This document shows positions 49,889 to 63,099 of a DNA stretch of 64,000 nt, in pieces; within the stretch, counting starts at the first letter, position 1; each line of letters starts with the position of its first letter. The notes beneath the pieces were generated by a model that saw nothing but the letters and a program-made list of their open reading frames with translations, was not told where the DNA came from and did no database searches. This stretch comes from Calcarisporiella thermophila CBS 279.70. Taxonomy: Eukaryota > Fungi > Calcarisporiellomycota. A program made the translations under genes and the position numbers. The DNA lies in the NCBI RefSeq assembly GCF_041956535.1, contig NW_027192197.1, forward strand, positions 631,829 to 695,828, read 5' to 3'.

Positions 49889-52459
49889 CTATATGCCCAT
49901 ACCAAAACCACGACTGTGCACCGCGGCCGATATTCTGTATTGTGGTGTCGCTGCTCCTCTACTTCCATTTAAAAATCCTTCTACTGTTTTTCCTTCCTCG
50001 GCAAAGCGGTGCTTGGGAAGCAGATAATAGGGAGGAACCGAGCCGTTTTGCGAGGGTGAAGACGACGGAGGAGCAGTCGTGGACCGAGGCTTCTCCTTCA
50101 CATCTATGCCATTTGCATTTAATTTTTCTTTCAACAGCTCTTTCTCTCGCTCTTTGCTTTTGGACCAAGTAGCGCTTCGTCCGAACCATCGCTTTTCCTT
50201 CTCTATCGATGTGGTTGGCAAGGAAGTCGACAAACCTTCCGCCCCAGGCGGATAATTTTCATCTGCCTCATTATCCTTTTTTTCCTTTTTCTTTCTCCGT
50301 AAAAACCAAACGCCCTTGCGTACCTGTTTCTCTCGCTCCTTCTCTTCTTTCTCACGCATTCGTCTCTCCATTTCTCGTTCACGTTCAGCCTCTCGCTCTT
50401 TAGTCTCGTCATCAAAATCAACCGTTTTCTTTGGTTTTGATTTGATTGGTGCACCACTTTCGCTTCCTAGCTCTGAGCTACTCTGACTAGAAAGAAATGT
50501 GGAGGACGTAGTCAAAGAGGATGAGCCTGAAGCTTGTCGTGAATGGTCTGATGTATCATCAGATACAACTCCCTTAGGTTCGATTATATACTCATTGGTT
50601 TCTGATACAGGGATGGAGAATGAGTTCGGCAAATTCAAGCCCGAGGAAACAAGAGTTGACGTAGAAGCATCACTGTATGTCTGTTGAGTGCCTGAAGGAC
50701 TCATATCCAAATCTTTGGCTTGATAAAAGAGAAGATACCCTGAGCCCGCTGCAGCACGATCTCCAAAGAATTTTGGAATATCAGATTCGTCGAGGGTCTT
50801 TTAAAAACCAAGCAAGTGGATTAAATCAAATTAAATCAAATTTCTAGCCGAATGCTATATCTTACCTCAACTACATCGTCATCAAAAATGAGCCATTGCC
50901 CCATGCTTTTAATAATAGTGACGTAATGGCCATGGTTGGGGCCACTTCCAATGTGCACTACGATTGCAAAAAGCTCGTACAATCGATCTGAATCTTCGGA
51001 ATCGTCGCTCTAAAATAAAGAAGTAAGTAATCAATAAAACGTCATTTCTCAGACCTTATTCATGCTTAATAAAACCAATCTTACAGTATTAAATAAACGC
51101 AGTTCTAGGGGAAACACCACTCGATAAAAGAGTTTCACATATCTTTGAACAGTCTCTTCATATTTAAACCGCTTTAAATGAAGCGCTAGCACCTGGGGTA
51201 ATTTCTTAATCCGCATGCGCTTTTCCGCTTCCTGTAACCCTCCACATACTTCGCACAAAAATTTATTTTTGTGGCATAGCATTTCGCTCGCCGAGAACTG
51301 GCGTAGACATGAGGTGACGCTGGTATTCTGATCAATATCAATGGACATATCAAGGAAGGATTCGTCGCGCGATGTAACGTTTTCACAGGTGAGGCACTTT
51401 ATCTCATTGGTTAAAGTGCCTGAGAATAGATTGTGAATCCAGGTTGGACCAGTGGGGGTGTTGGTGATTCCAAATTGTATTCCAGAGTTATTGTCCTTCG
51501 AGGAATCCTTGGCCTCATCGATACTGCCGTTTTGCTCATCAGCCAAAGAAGAGCCTGCGTTTTGAAGTGTATGCAAATTTCGAGAATTTGGTTGTTCTTT
51601 TGTTAGATTCTTCTCGAAAATCTCAATCTCCTCGGCAATTGCGTTCAGAATAAACATAAGAAATTCATGAGCATCTTGATGGGCATTAGTACTAAAAAGT
51701 TCTAAATAAATTAATAAATATATATAAGTTAAATGTATCATTTATGCGGGCGAAAACCTATGTACACTAGTACCATTTTCTCTTCGTAACGTTGCAATAA
51801 AAGCCTCTGGAGCCACAGTGCCAGTCCATTTTGACTGAGATTCAATCTCTCGGTAGAGATCTCTCAAAGCGACAAACATTCCTTGTCTCATTCCATCAAC
51901 ATTCAATGCCGGTTTCATCTCTGAGTTCAATCCCGATTCCATTTCTTTTTCATTGTTATTGTTTATCTCGAAGACAGGTTGTAACGAATTAATGCGATTA
52001 TTTACACCCGCATCAGAAGATGATTGTAAGCTAGTGGTAGGAGTGGGGCTAGATTGAACGGGGGTAACATCATTCGAGAGAAGCGATGGGCTTGGATAAG
52101 AGAGCACATATACGCGGAAGGGTTTGCAAAAGTACAGAGCCTGAAGAATGGAATTGCAATAGCAGGTATTTCCAAACTAATAATAATTGGTTTTTTAGTA
52201 TTAAGAAATGAAATTTAAGAGGTAATTGATCCAAGCACATTTTCGAGGCCAAAATACTTATCCCCCACGCTATGCATGTCCTTTGCTTCGGTAGATTTTG
52301 AATTGGATCCCTTAATCAGACCAAAAGTGTTAATATATAACTCGTATTTTTTTTTTCAAAATAACCGCTGAGGCGGCCAGATCAAAAAGATTCAAATAAG
52401 CTTTCAATATAACGTCATGAAAAGCAGCTCACCGATTTCATCCATTTACTTAATGACAT
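49889..52459 (-). CDS. Ubiquitin-specific protease, USP12/46 (CreB/Ubp9-13) type
   Basis: 'YFGLEN|[16 protein letters not shown]', 'HQDAHEFL', '[10 protein letters not shown]', His box 'HGHYV', 'IFDDDVV'. Confidence 0.92.
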
Positions 52460-52931
52460 CGAGTGCTAATTACGTGATTTCTTTCTAATAGCTAGTTATA
52501 ACACGGGGAAATGGTGGACCGGCCAAGAATTCTCGAAGCAGAGACACAGGGGAAAAATATCGGCCCTAGTAGCGTGGGGAAAGTTAGCACTGTGTTACAT
52601 TCGGGATTTACTTTGACCATCTTAGTTCTTTTATTTTCATATTTATGAAGAATTCAAATAGTATGAGAAGCAGAGACAAATAAAAAAAAAAGGAAGCATG
52701 CCCCCTTACCAATGAAAAACTAATGAATTAAATGCAGATGATACTCGGCAACCATGGAGGAGTAGATGGGTGAATGAAGGTATTAAATAATTAAGGATAG
52801 AAAGAAAAAGAAATAAAGTCTCTCGAATGAACATGTGTAAGGAAGTCAAATGGTATAGTAATAACTCAGGCAACAAGAAAAAAACAAACAAATCAAACGT
52901 GTGAGGAACTACAAAAATTGCCAGTGGAACT

Positions 52932-54395
52932 CTATGCAACATATGTACTTTTTGATGGCATTTTAAATAAGAAAGACACAATACGCCCCAATCGATTCGA
53001 ATTCCTTTTCATCTTTCCAAGGTCCTCTCCCCGCAATCGCCAGAGAGCTCTCTTATCCCCATGTTCAGCGGCCAATCTATAAAATTTCTGCGCGGCTTCC
53101 TCATCAGGTTGGACGCCAATTCCCTTTTCATTAAAGTACCCGAGCGTATATTCGGCCTTTGCCAGTCCTTTATCGGCAGCTTGGCGTGCCCAAGCATAAG
53201 CCGCTTGGTCCGATTGCTCCAGCACTCCTTCTAACCCAACGAGATACCATGCAGTAAGTGCGAAACAAGCTTCAGGGTGACCCCTCTGAGCGGCGAAAAA
53301 ATAATATTGAAGACATAATTCTGGATCGTGTTCTGCACCACACAAAGCAAATTCATAGCATTCACCAAGACGAAAAGCTGAAGAAGCATGATTCAGCTCT
53401 TCCACAGCCTGGGCGTAGAGCTCGAGAGCATACTCGTTATCCGGGTACAGTTCATCGTCCACACCACTCTCAAGTGCCTGTGCTAGTTCAAAGAGTGCAT
53501 CAGGATGCTCTTCAGTTGCATACTCTGCAGCATGCTTTAACCATTTGATTCCATCGCGTGTATTCCTCTTTCGCCCCAACTCCCCATGCAACTCAGCCAT
53601 TGCAACTCGATATAAGGCGCCCGGGTGGTTGTTTATTGCAGCTTTTTTGTAAAATTGGAGTGCCTTCCCTGCATCACGTCTCGTCCCCAACCCATATTCA
53701 TAACAGCGAGCGGCCATAAAGGAGGCTTCAACATGACCATGTTTAGCTGCTTGAACATAGAGGACGAAAGCTTTCTCCATCTCGGGGCGTCCAGACTTAA
53801 AGATTCCCATGGTGTAACTCTCAGCAAGGTAGAACTGTGCATCTGCATAGCCACGGTACGACAGATTCTTCAAAAACTTTAGAGCCTCGTGTAAGTAACC
53901 TCTGCGAACAGTTTCGTCGGGCTCCTGCTGCGATACTTCCACTAAAAAAACCGCAAAATCGAATTGCAAAGAGGGGCTTGAGGATGAACGCGCCGCATTC
54001 CTTCTGTACATTGCCAGAGTATCACTAGCGGGAAGGAGGGAGGCGCGGGAGCCCGGTTTGAGGTGGGAATTGCTAAGCAAGGGTTGAAATTGCCGAGGGA
54101 ATAAATGGTCACTCACACCTGAGGTGGATGAAGCAGAGCTTTCAAGAGCAAAACTCATGTCTAATGTGGGTGGGTCTTGCTCCACCGGCCATGAGTTGGT
54201 CGACGCCATCAATGAGGCAGAGTAAGAATTAGAAGAGGAAGAAGAGGAGGAGGAAGAGGAGAAAGGCTTGTGGCATGGAGTAACATTAGGGCGTAGCCGA
54301 TTCGAATAGGGAGGCCACGATTCCTTCTCCATGGTGGGTTCGTCTGGGGAATGAATGAAGACTGTTTTGTTTGTAAGTAGCTCGGAAGTAGCCAT
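52932..54395 (-). CDS. Sel1-repeat chitin synthase activator (Chs4/Skt5-like)
   Basis: 'LAMYRRNA', 'GYADAQFYLA', 'QAAKHGH', 'ALTAWYLVG..GVLEQSD..AY.WA..AA..GLAKAEYTLGYF.EKGIG'. Confidence 0.88.
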   Translation of the reverse strand: MATSELLTNKTVFIHSPDEPTMEKESWPPYSNRLRPNVTPCHKPFSSSSSSSSSSNSYSASLMASTNSWPVEQDPPTLDMSFALESSASSTSGVSDHLFPRQFQPLLSNSHLKPGSRASLLPASDTLAMYRRNAARSSSSPSLQFDFAVFLVEVSQQEPDETVRRGYLHEALKFLKNLSYRGYADAQFYLAESYTMGIFKSGRPEMEKAFVLYVQAAKHGHVEASFMAARCYEYGLGTRRDAGKALQFYKKAAINNHPGALYRVAMAELHGELGRKRNTRDGIKWLKHAAEYATEEHPDALFELAQALESGVDDELYPDNEYALELYAQAVEELNHASSAFRLGECYEFALCGAEHDPELCLQYYFFAAQRGHPEACFALTAWYLVGLEGVLEQSDQAAYAWARQAADKGLAKAEYTLGYFNEKGIGVQPDEEAAQKFYRLAAEHGDKRALWRLRGEDLGKMKRNSNRLGRIVSFLFKMPSKSTYVA

Positions 54396-54956
54396 TAAGA
54401 AAAACTCTTAAGGTCTATTCTGTATGGTTTATCGTTCTAAAAACAAAAGAGCACACGAAAGAAATATAAGGTAGGGGTAGTATTTATTCGTATTACTGGG
54501 GGGTAACAAGAGATCTGGCAAAATGCGTTTAAGAAGACTTTGATAAAAGAGAAGCACGAAAAGAGAAGGGGTCTCCGCATATTGGCGCATATCGAAAAAA
54601 AAATCGCGAGAAACATTCGAAGGACCCTTTGCATTTTACATCATCTATCAGATTCCTTCAGAATTGTTCTGCAACCTGGGGAATAGATTATTCGTCTATA
54701 GAATTTTTCATTCGGGCTATCTACAAGAATATAATATACAAACCAATGAGAAACTCCTTTAATTTAACATTACAAATTCAAACTCTGTGCAAGGATGAGT
54801 CCACACAATTGAGCCACACTATTTACCTAATGGGGGCAGGAAGCATCATTATAAAAGACGAGGCTAGCGAAATAGGTCTTTATTCATTTAGAAACAGATT
54901 ATTTCCCTCCCCACTCTTCAAATAACTATCTAGTATACTCTATAGCCTTCGTTAAA

Positions 54957-55737
54957 ATGGCTCAAAACTATCTGCTTTTTATGGCTAAATACCATGCATG
55001 GGCTTACGAAAGCCTTTTCGAGAAAATTAAGGGTATATTAACCCCCCTGGAGATTTTATCTGAATACCCTTTTTAGTATTCTTATACTTTTGCTTATAGA
55101 TATGCCTGATGATATTTACTTCGCTGATGCCGGGCTTGTATTCCGTTCGATACATGGAACTCTTTGTCATTTGTATGCTGGTGACCAATTTTGGTGAGTG
55201 AGTATATTTTTAGTGTCTCTAAACCGCAAAATCTTATTAGACTATTGGGGACAGGATGACTTTGCTAATGAATGAAGAGGTTGACGAAGAAATAAAGAAT
55301 AAAAACCAATCCCACTGGATGCGTGAGGATATATATGCAAAACCAGGAGATGCCCAATCCCATTGGGAGGAAATCATTCCCGATCGTAAGGAACTCGAGA
55401 AAGCTTTGATCCAGCAGGTATTTGATTAGATCACACTCCACTCTCATTCTTCCACTAAATTCTTGTATTTGTGACAAATTAGTCCAAAAAATTCAAGGAT
55501 TTTCTTGAAGCTAATCCTCAGTATACAAAAATTGGCGCGGACAATACCCCCGCTTTTACGTTGCAAATAGGATTCTATCCAGGAGACCTCGAGAATCATT
55601 TAGCGTTCCTCCATGTGTTCAATCATCGTACCCATCACGTTGGGCAGATAACGGCGGCTGCTTCACGCTTGTGGAAACCATTGGACCACTTGGATCTACT
55701 TGATTATATGTTCGTGGACATGAAAAACTCAGAATAA
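54957..55737 (+). CDS. DinB/YfiT-like (S-transferase-like) four-helix metalloprotein, 195 aa
   Basis: Exons 54957-55032, 55100-55193, 55255-55417 and 55483-55737 sum to 588 nt in frame. Motifs 'MAKYHAWAY', 'FRSIHGTLCHLYAGDQFW', 'HVFNHRTHHVGQIT'. Absent from the ORF track. Confidence 0.85.
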
Positions 55738-56430
55738 CTGCATGGATCATCTATATGATACCGTAATCGTATTTATAAATAAAGATTTTTATTCTATTTG
55801 ATTCTTCCTTGCTCTCGAAGCTCTTGCTCTTCCTTGCTGCTTAAACTCCAAAATTGCTTTCGCTTCTCCGTCAGCCAGTTTCTTATCTATATGGTTATTA
55901 AGGAGGTTTAAAATTGGCTTTGGAAAGATAAATAATAATTTGGTGCTTACAGGCATGAAGCAATGATTCTCACCAAAATCTGCATAAAACACAATATATG
56001 TTGTCGCCACTTGAAGATATTGAAGTAGAATAAAAATGAATATATTTTTTTTGATGCAATATGATTAAAATAATAGATAAATTTACCAAGACTAAGCGCG
56101 AATGAACCGACGTGGAGCCTTCTTGCACCTAGACTAGGTTGAAGTGAAGCGGGCGAGAGTATACGTCTTTGGAATTTTTGCTGCTGATGGGGAGAAACTT
56201 TACGCTGTGGATGATCATTTGTCATTATCGAACAGAAAAGCTGTGGAGAGCAGATATTTACTGCAAAGTGACTTGCAATTGTAATATTTGAAACAATTGA
56301 ATTTAATTCACGGTCAAATGGGAATAAAATAGCTAAAAATTTGAAAAAAGTCGGTGATAATGTAGTAAAAAAAAATCAAAGCTTTCAAGTAGTTGCAGTT
56401 GCTCAAAAATATTATTGAGCTACTCTAGAT

Positions 56431-57192
56431 CTACTCATCATCACTTGGCGCATCATCGCTATCATCGTCATCGTCATCCTCTGCAACCAAATCTCGAGAA
56501 TCCTTGGGGAGGGAAGAAAAAGATCAGAAAATTAAATGATTGTAGGCAGGGGTTTTATACTTCAATTCTACTTACAACTAGTGATGCCATTTTGGCTTTG
56601 CGAATCAATTTTCGAACTTCCTCATCTTCTGCAACATTTTCGGCAGATTGTCGATTTCGATTTAGAATATTGAGATCTGCACCGGCATCAATAAGCATCT
56701 GGACTATTTCGTAAGCAACATCCGGGTCATCTGTAAAGGCAACAGCTTTATGGAGTGGAGTGTCTCCTTCGAGCCGATTTTGGATGTTAAGGTTGATGTT
56801 CTCCTGATCGAGAAGTATTTCCACGCAGGCTTGAGAACCAAATTGACAACTGAGAGAAAGTGAAAAATTAATGAGGGGAAAAATTTTGAGAAAATTTATA
56901 TGGAAATGATTACTTACGCGTAATGAAGCGCAGTATTCCCAGCACCATCCTGAAAGTTTATATCATAGCTTCCTGGTTGTTGAAAGATGTCCTCTAGCAT
57001 ATCCTCTTGATCGTTGCGGCATGCAGAGAGGAGAAGTTCATCTATTAATGGTTTTTGGACAAAATTTAAAAGAAAATAAGCATCTTTTTCACATAATCAC
57101 CAAAAGATAGATTTTGGAAGTATAGTTAAGTAATAAACTGAAGTCAAAACTTAACTGTTCGTAGCACCATCTTCAATATTGGAGTCTGACAT
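56431..57192 (-). CDS. Small ankyrin-repeat protein with acidic tail (YCR051W-like)
   Basis: 'ELLLSACRND', 'GNTALHY', 'EGDTPLHKAV', 'LIDAGAD'; tail 'EDDDDDSDD'. Confidence 0.85.
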
Positions 57193-57574
57193 TTCTTTTA
57201 TATTTTTAAAAGAAATAAGATAAGAGTCACCTCAGGGGCGCTCGTCTATTTGTGACTGCTGAAACTCGACCAAAAATTAGGTACTCGAAAAATAATTTAT
57301 AAAACTTTTTAAAGAAGTGTTAATAGAAAACTATTAATAGCATACTAATGAAACCTTAAGAAAAAAAAACTTTTAATTATGTAAAATAAGTATTGCCAAA
57401 AAAATCTCTCATGGCAGCATATTCTTGGAAAGAGGTCTGAAAGGATTTTCGGTTTGATTATGGAGATATCATAAAAAAGGCGCAGCCAAATTTTGGATTT
57501 TATCAAATTTCGCGTTTCCGAAAGAAAAAAGGTGCGAGATCTTTTCGAATCATTTAATCCACATCAATCAAAGC

Positions 57575-58325
57575 ATGATGGCGAAGGTGTGTAATAGAAA
57601 AAAAAAAAATCTAAACTTGTTACCAACAATAAACTAATTAAGATGTTTTGACCATCTCATAGGTAACAGATGAGCAAATGGCCGGTAATAAATAATTGTG
57701 TTTGTGTTAGCAATTTGGTTTAAATTTATTCAATGCGCAACGCTATGCGTTATTTTTATTGCAGAATGGAAGGAGGCTTTCTCTCTATTTGACAAAAAGG
57801 GTAATGGTACCGTCTCAACAGATTTGTTGGGCGACCTCTTGCGCTCTGTTGGTCAGGATCCTACTCAGGCTGAGGTGAGCGATCTTGTTGAACAAGTTGG
57901 GGGCAAAGGTATTATTTAACCATGACATTTCGCGTTACCCTTCCTAATTTATTCAATTCTATCTTTTAAAAAAATGATACAATATTCAGGTGTTGATATT
58001 GACTTTGACACATTCCTCAAAGTATTGAACAGGCCTGATGGTTTTAAACCTGCGGGCACTGCTGACGAATTTATCCAAGGATTCCAAGTGTTCGATAAAG
58101 AAGGAAGTGGATATATCACAGCTGGAGAACTGCGATATGGTAAGACATACCTAATATTCTAATCTAGCTTTACAATACTTATTTTATTTTTAATAAACAG
58201 TTCTAACGAGCCTCGGCGAGAAATTGACAGACGAAGAGGTGGATGAGCTCTTGCATGGGGTTGAAGTCGACAAGGACGGCCGAATTAATTACGAAGATTT
58301 CGTGAACATGCTGCTGAGTTCGTGA
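57575..58325 (+). CDS. MLC1: Myosin essential light chain (Cdc4/Mlc1), EF-hand
   Basis: '[28 protein letters not shown]', 'LNRPDGF', '[13 protein letters not shown]', '[18 protein letters not shown]'. Confidence 0.92.
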
Positions 58326-58912
58326 AAATTTACCTCATAACCTTTGTTATTCATTGTCATTTTTGTCGAATAAATTTTTTTTTTCAAAGGACAGTCAGAA
58401 CTTAACTATATATTCAATAATTTATGCACTTGACCTATATTATCTTCCAATAGTCATTGAATATATATACAGTAGACTGAACTAGGACGCAAGGATTGAA
58501 TTTTATTATAAAGTCACAGGTCGTCTTCACTCTAACCCGAATACACATGAAAATCATAACTCTGGAGAGTTTTACTAGTACTAAGATTATTGTAATAGCT
58601 CGACAAATATAACTGAAACTTATAATTCTGCCGGTCCAACAATGGAATTAGAGTCATTGAATACGATGTTTATTTGCGAATGCTTAAGCATAAATGTAAT
58701 AGATATGCAAGAAGAATGAACATCGCAATGAAGTATGTCACTTTATGGAGAAAGATGGGAAAAGGATGTAAAGGTATTTAAAATTTGTATGATATAGAAG
58801 CAAAACGCATGGTATAATAAGATAATGGGGATTGTCCGATTGCGTGTACTTTCTTATATAGAGATCAAATAAAAATAATTGTGGGAGATGTCAACCAAAA
58901 ATGTTCAAGCCT

Positions 58913-61661
58913 TCACCATAATTCTATCGCTTTCCCAAACGCTCCCGTTTCTCTTGCCTCCCAGTAGCCTCCTTTGTAGTGCCAAGAGCCCTCGTCTTCG
59001 TTGTTGAATGGATCTTTCTTCAATTCAAACCATTGAGGCTCCCAAGTACGGCCCTCTTCTTCCATTCTTTGTCGAAGCATGCGCTGCTTCTGTTCTACTC
59101 TTAATTTTTCAGCATCGGCCTCCTGTACTTTACCAAATTCAAAAAGTCTCTGGTCAGGACGGTGGCGTGTATCTGTTCCAGGCAATTTACCGCTTAGTTC
59201 TGGGGTAATCTCATTCAGCTCCATCGCGAACTTTGTGAATCCATAATACCGTTCCACATCCGGGAGCGGGGTATGGGCCCGCCATATCTCAGTCCCATCA
59301 CCACCTCCTGCCGAGCTCACTAGCACAATCCCTTCACTCCATTTTCCACTCAGTTCTCCCCATTTCTTCCCTGTGCGATCATAGAGCACTCCATCAACAG
59401 CGTCACGGTTCTGACCCCAAAAATCTGCTTCTCGGAATGTAAGCTCGCAGTATTCACCTGTTGCACGGTTCTCTACTCGCACAGTTCCAGTGTGTTCCAA
59501 ATAGCGTGTTCCCGCTATGAGATTGCGCGTCCATGTGCTTGGTTTATTATAGGTGAAGTGGTCGCGGTATTTTGGAAGGAGGACGTTCACGACCCCTGAT
59601 GGCTGTAGCTCCATGGACTTGCCCCAAAATTTGGATTTCAATTTCGAATCTTGAAAGAAAATAAAATTCGCGGATTCAGCATGACACTAATGAATGGGAA
59701 AGAGGTTATTCGTCTAATGGGGTACAAAACCAAAACTACACCAAGATATAATACTAACAGCCATGATAGGAGGTCGATGGCTCACTTTTTCTGATATATA
59801 CCTGAACCCTTTATCCTCCCGCACACATTCGAAAGTTTCCCCGTGCATAGGATTAAATGGTTTCCGATAGGCTCTATACTTAGTGCTTGCGTACCCTGAT
59901 ACTGCAAACGCGGTCACTCTTGCGAGACGCTCCATGCTGTCCGTTAGGGCGGCAGCCGCATCAAGGAGCTCGCTATACTCAAGTTCCTCGCATAGTCGCT
60001 GTAGAGCATTCAGCGGTTCGTTAAGCGACACAGGCATTGCCACAGTGGAGAGGTCCTTCCCCACGTTTTTTCGAAGGATGGAAAGTAGTGAAACCTCTTC
60101 GCCACAGATTGGGTGGGGGAGTCTTTCACGCCGCTTGATTGGTGCAGGAGCAAAGAGTGTGGAAGCAAGGCTCGAACGATCCACAACTGGTGGCTCAGCA
60201 GGAACTACCGCACTGCCATTTTCATCAACGGAGGCAGAGTTTGTGGAAGCGATGTTTTGGTCACCAGGGATAGCACCCTCATCTTCGCTCTCGCTCTCAT
60301 AATCTTCACGTGCATCGAAAAAGACCTCAGCGGATGCTGTGCTCAGCACAGATATGACAGAGGCAGCCGCCGCAGGGTTTGCCAATAGTCCAAAGAGGCC
60401 ACCATTCCCAGCAAAACCACGCCGAAGTGCCATCTCAAGCTGTCGCCATCGTGAGAGCTCAATGCGCACGGACGCATGCATCGTAGCACTCGCGGCAACT
60501 AGTTCCGAATACATAGAGTAAATTTGCTCCGCAATGTCTGGGGCATGGGATGCTGCAGTGTCCATTAGAGGCCCCAGCCTTTTTAAAACGTCTTCGACGT
60601 TAGCCATCTGCGACTTTAACTCACGATCTCTTACCCTAGCAAATGGTAGCCATTGATTTCCGAGGAGGCTGTTTTTGCGCTCATCACCACCTACAAGGGC
60701 AGAGATTTCTTCTCCTCTCTGACAAGCGCGTAAGGCCTCTACCCAAGTCTCATAATCTTCGGCAGTATAGGCACGCATCTGATACACGATAGTTCCCGAA
60801 TCAATGGTGATGGCATGTTCTTTGGGGGACTCACTAATACTACACAGTGAGACCTGAAGTGTCCCACGAACTACTCCGAGTGGTTGGAGCCGATAGGAGA
60901 GAACTCCGTGGTCTAGCTCGAACCAACGCTTTGCCCACCCCTGCATCATTTTGCGTTTTTTCTTTAGAAGCCAACCACTCAACTCCACTTTGCTGTTCTC
61001 TTTCGTTACAGGCTCTGGATAAATATTGGTTCGGTTAGTGTATTTTGTTAAAGGCTTTAAACAATAGCAATATTCACCTTCAGAGATATTTACATAAAAT
61101 GTGAGTGTTTTTGTTGTGTTAATCGAAAAAGTATTATCTAAATACATGGCAGTGATTAGATAAAATGCTAGAGTACATGAGTGTAATTGGCGATGAAAGT
61201 CTGAGTTTACCAAAGCAGAGTACATAAGTTCCATCCTCATCAACCTCATATTGCCCCTTGATAGTGTTTACAGCGCTTTCATAATGAAGTATTGGTAATA
61301 CTTCAACGAGGTCAGCATTTGCCAATTTAGCTGGTGCAATGCTTTTTTTTGGCCGACCTTGCTCCCGCTTTTCTTGCGATACACCATTGGCATCGTCTTC
61401 CTCAGTCGTGACAGAGTGATTGGCAGTGCTTGCAGCGGAGGAGTTGATATTGAGTGCTTGGAGCCCATTTATTATACGACTATTTCTGCGGGAAGTGGTG
61501 GAGGCAAGCGAATGCGAGGATGATTTGGGCGGGCCAAGTTTGTAGAGCCCAAAGGAAATATTCTTTCTCTTGGTGCTGAACCACCATTGCAGGGTGGAGC
61601 CCTGGAGAGCTTGGATATGATATTGAAATATGTCCCCAGGCAAAACTTCTACCTGTTGCAT
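58913..61661 (-). CDS. OSH3: Oxysterol-binding protein, Osh3 type (GOLD + PH + FFAT + ORD)
   Basis: GOLD 'WWFSTKRKNISFGLY', PH 'GWLLKKKRKMMQGWAKRWF', FFAT-like 'EVFFDARE', ORD 'LRKNVGKDLS', 'EKVSHRPP'. Confidence 0.92.
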
Positions 61662-62343
61662 ACTCGGTTTCTTCCGGTGATCGGCTTGATAAGAATGGTA
61701 AGGAAATGAGGGGGGAAAAAAGTAATGTTAAATATTTGTGTTGTTTTTAATGAAGTTGCTCATTTCCCCCAAAAAAACCACCGAAGGAAAATTGCCACTC
61801 ATTTTTGTACGGGTCTGACTGGCAGCTGAGAAATGGGGATCTTAATACGGAAATATCAATCCCCCTGATAGAGCTACGGTTTGACTGGGCACCAAGATTC
61901 TGATGGGCAGCTAATTAAATTCTGAAATCTTTCTTGAATCCTTCAAGGTAATCTTGGACGCAAGTCTGCCCACAAGTATGCGCATGGCATAACCAAAGAA
62001 CTTCTTTTTTGTTTTTCCTGAGCCTATTTTGGAATACAATCCTCCAGACCTCAGGTTACAAATCCCAGTATTTCCAAAGAATGCAAGGCCTGCTGTTGGG
62101 TTTTGACACATCAGTTATCCGACAATCTTTGGGCCGATTTTGGGAATAAGGATATTTCAGCCGTGCATGATACTTGTTACAAAAGCTCTCTCCATTAGCC
62201 CCACATTGAATCGATATGATTCTTGCCTATCCTATGGCATAAGACAAAGAGATTTAAATACACTGGTGAACTAATGCAAAAATGCCTATAAAAAGTACAC
62301 ATATTTACAAAGACAAACAAATAAAAACACAAATAAATAAAAT

Positions 62344-63099
62344 TCATAACGCTCTCTCAGTATGTGGTGCATTATTCAATCCTTTTTGCACCATATTTCC
62401 ACATCTATCTTCAAAATTACTCAGTGAAGATTCCAGCGTATTCTTTTTCCTGGTGTTCTGTATTTTTCTTCGCTCATCGCGCTCTTTCATCACCGACTCC
62501 ATCCAGTCCCATTCGTCCTCAAGCACAAGAGTTCTATCTAACGCTGGCACTTTGAAATCAATAGAATTGGCATTTAGTCTTGGTTCAAGCCGTAATTCGA
62601 GTCGCAGAGCAGCACGTGGAAAGTAGCAGTTCTCAAGACGATATTTCCGTGGATGACTCGAACCAAGATTCAAGGCATCCATAGATGTTTGGAGGGAAGT
62701 TGATTTGAATTTTGGTGGCTGTACATACTCAGCGAGGTTGACCGTAACCCTACCGACTATTGAAGGCTTCTCCTTCTCAACCAATTGGTGTATTGTGAAT
62801 ATACAACGGCAGGGCAAGAGTTCACTGTTGTCACCCACAGCAAGCCGGATGTGTGTGTGTATTTTGGTGTCCCAGGTAGCGGTATAGTTGGTTAAGGGAA
62901 CTCGAGACGTGCGTCCGTGGGTCTGGAGGTTTGTGTTGAGAAGTGCGGTGGAGCTGCCGCCCCCGACGAGCCGCCAGTCAACGAGGTATTTACCTTTAAG
63001 GAGGGGGAGACGTTCCAGGGCGATTATATTGATGAAGGCATCGCACTCGACACTGTGATGCCGGCGGAAGTGCTGGAATAGTTGGGAAAATTGTGGCAT
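62344..63099 (-). CDS. NT-C2 (EEIG1/EHBP1 N-terminal C2) domain protein
   Basis: 'LERLPLLKGKYLVDW', 'GRTSRVPLTNYTATWD', 'VGRVTVNLAEY'. Confidence 0.75.
   Translation of the reverse strand: MPQFSQLFQHFRRHHSVECDAFINIIALERLPLLKGKYLVDWRLVGGGSSTALLNTNLQTHGRTSRVPLTNYTATWDTKIHTHIRLAVGDNSELLPCRCIFTIHQLVEKEKPSIVGRVTVNLAEYVQPPKFKSTSLQTSMDALNLGSSHPRKYRLENCYFPRAALRLELRLEPRLNANSIDFKVPALDRTLVLEDEWDWMESVMKERDERRKIQNTRKKNTLESSLSNFEDRCGNMVQKGLNNAPHTERAL

Noticed and set aside
57251-57258. Second HomolD-like box (TGTGACTG) in the ankyrin/MLC1 divergent promoter
   Set aside because: Position is plausible, but one or two such 8-mers are expected by chance in 64 kb.
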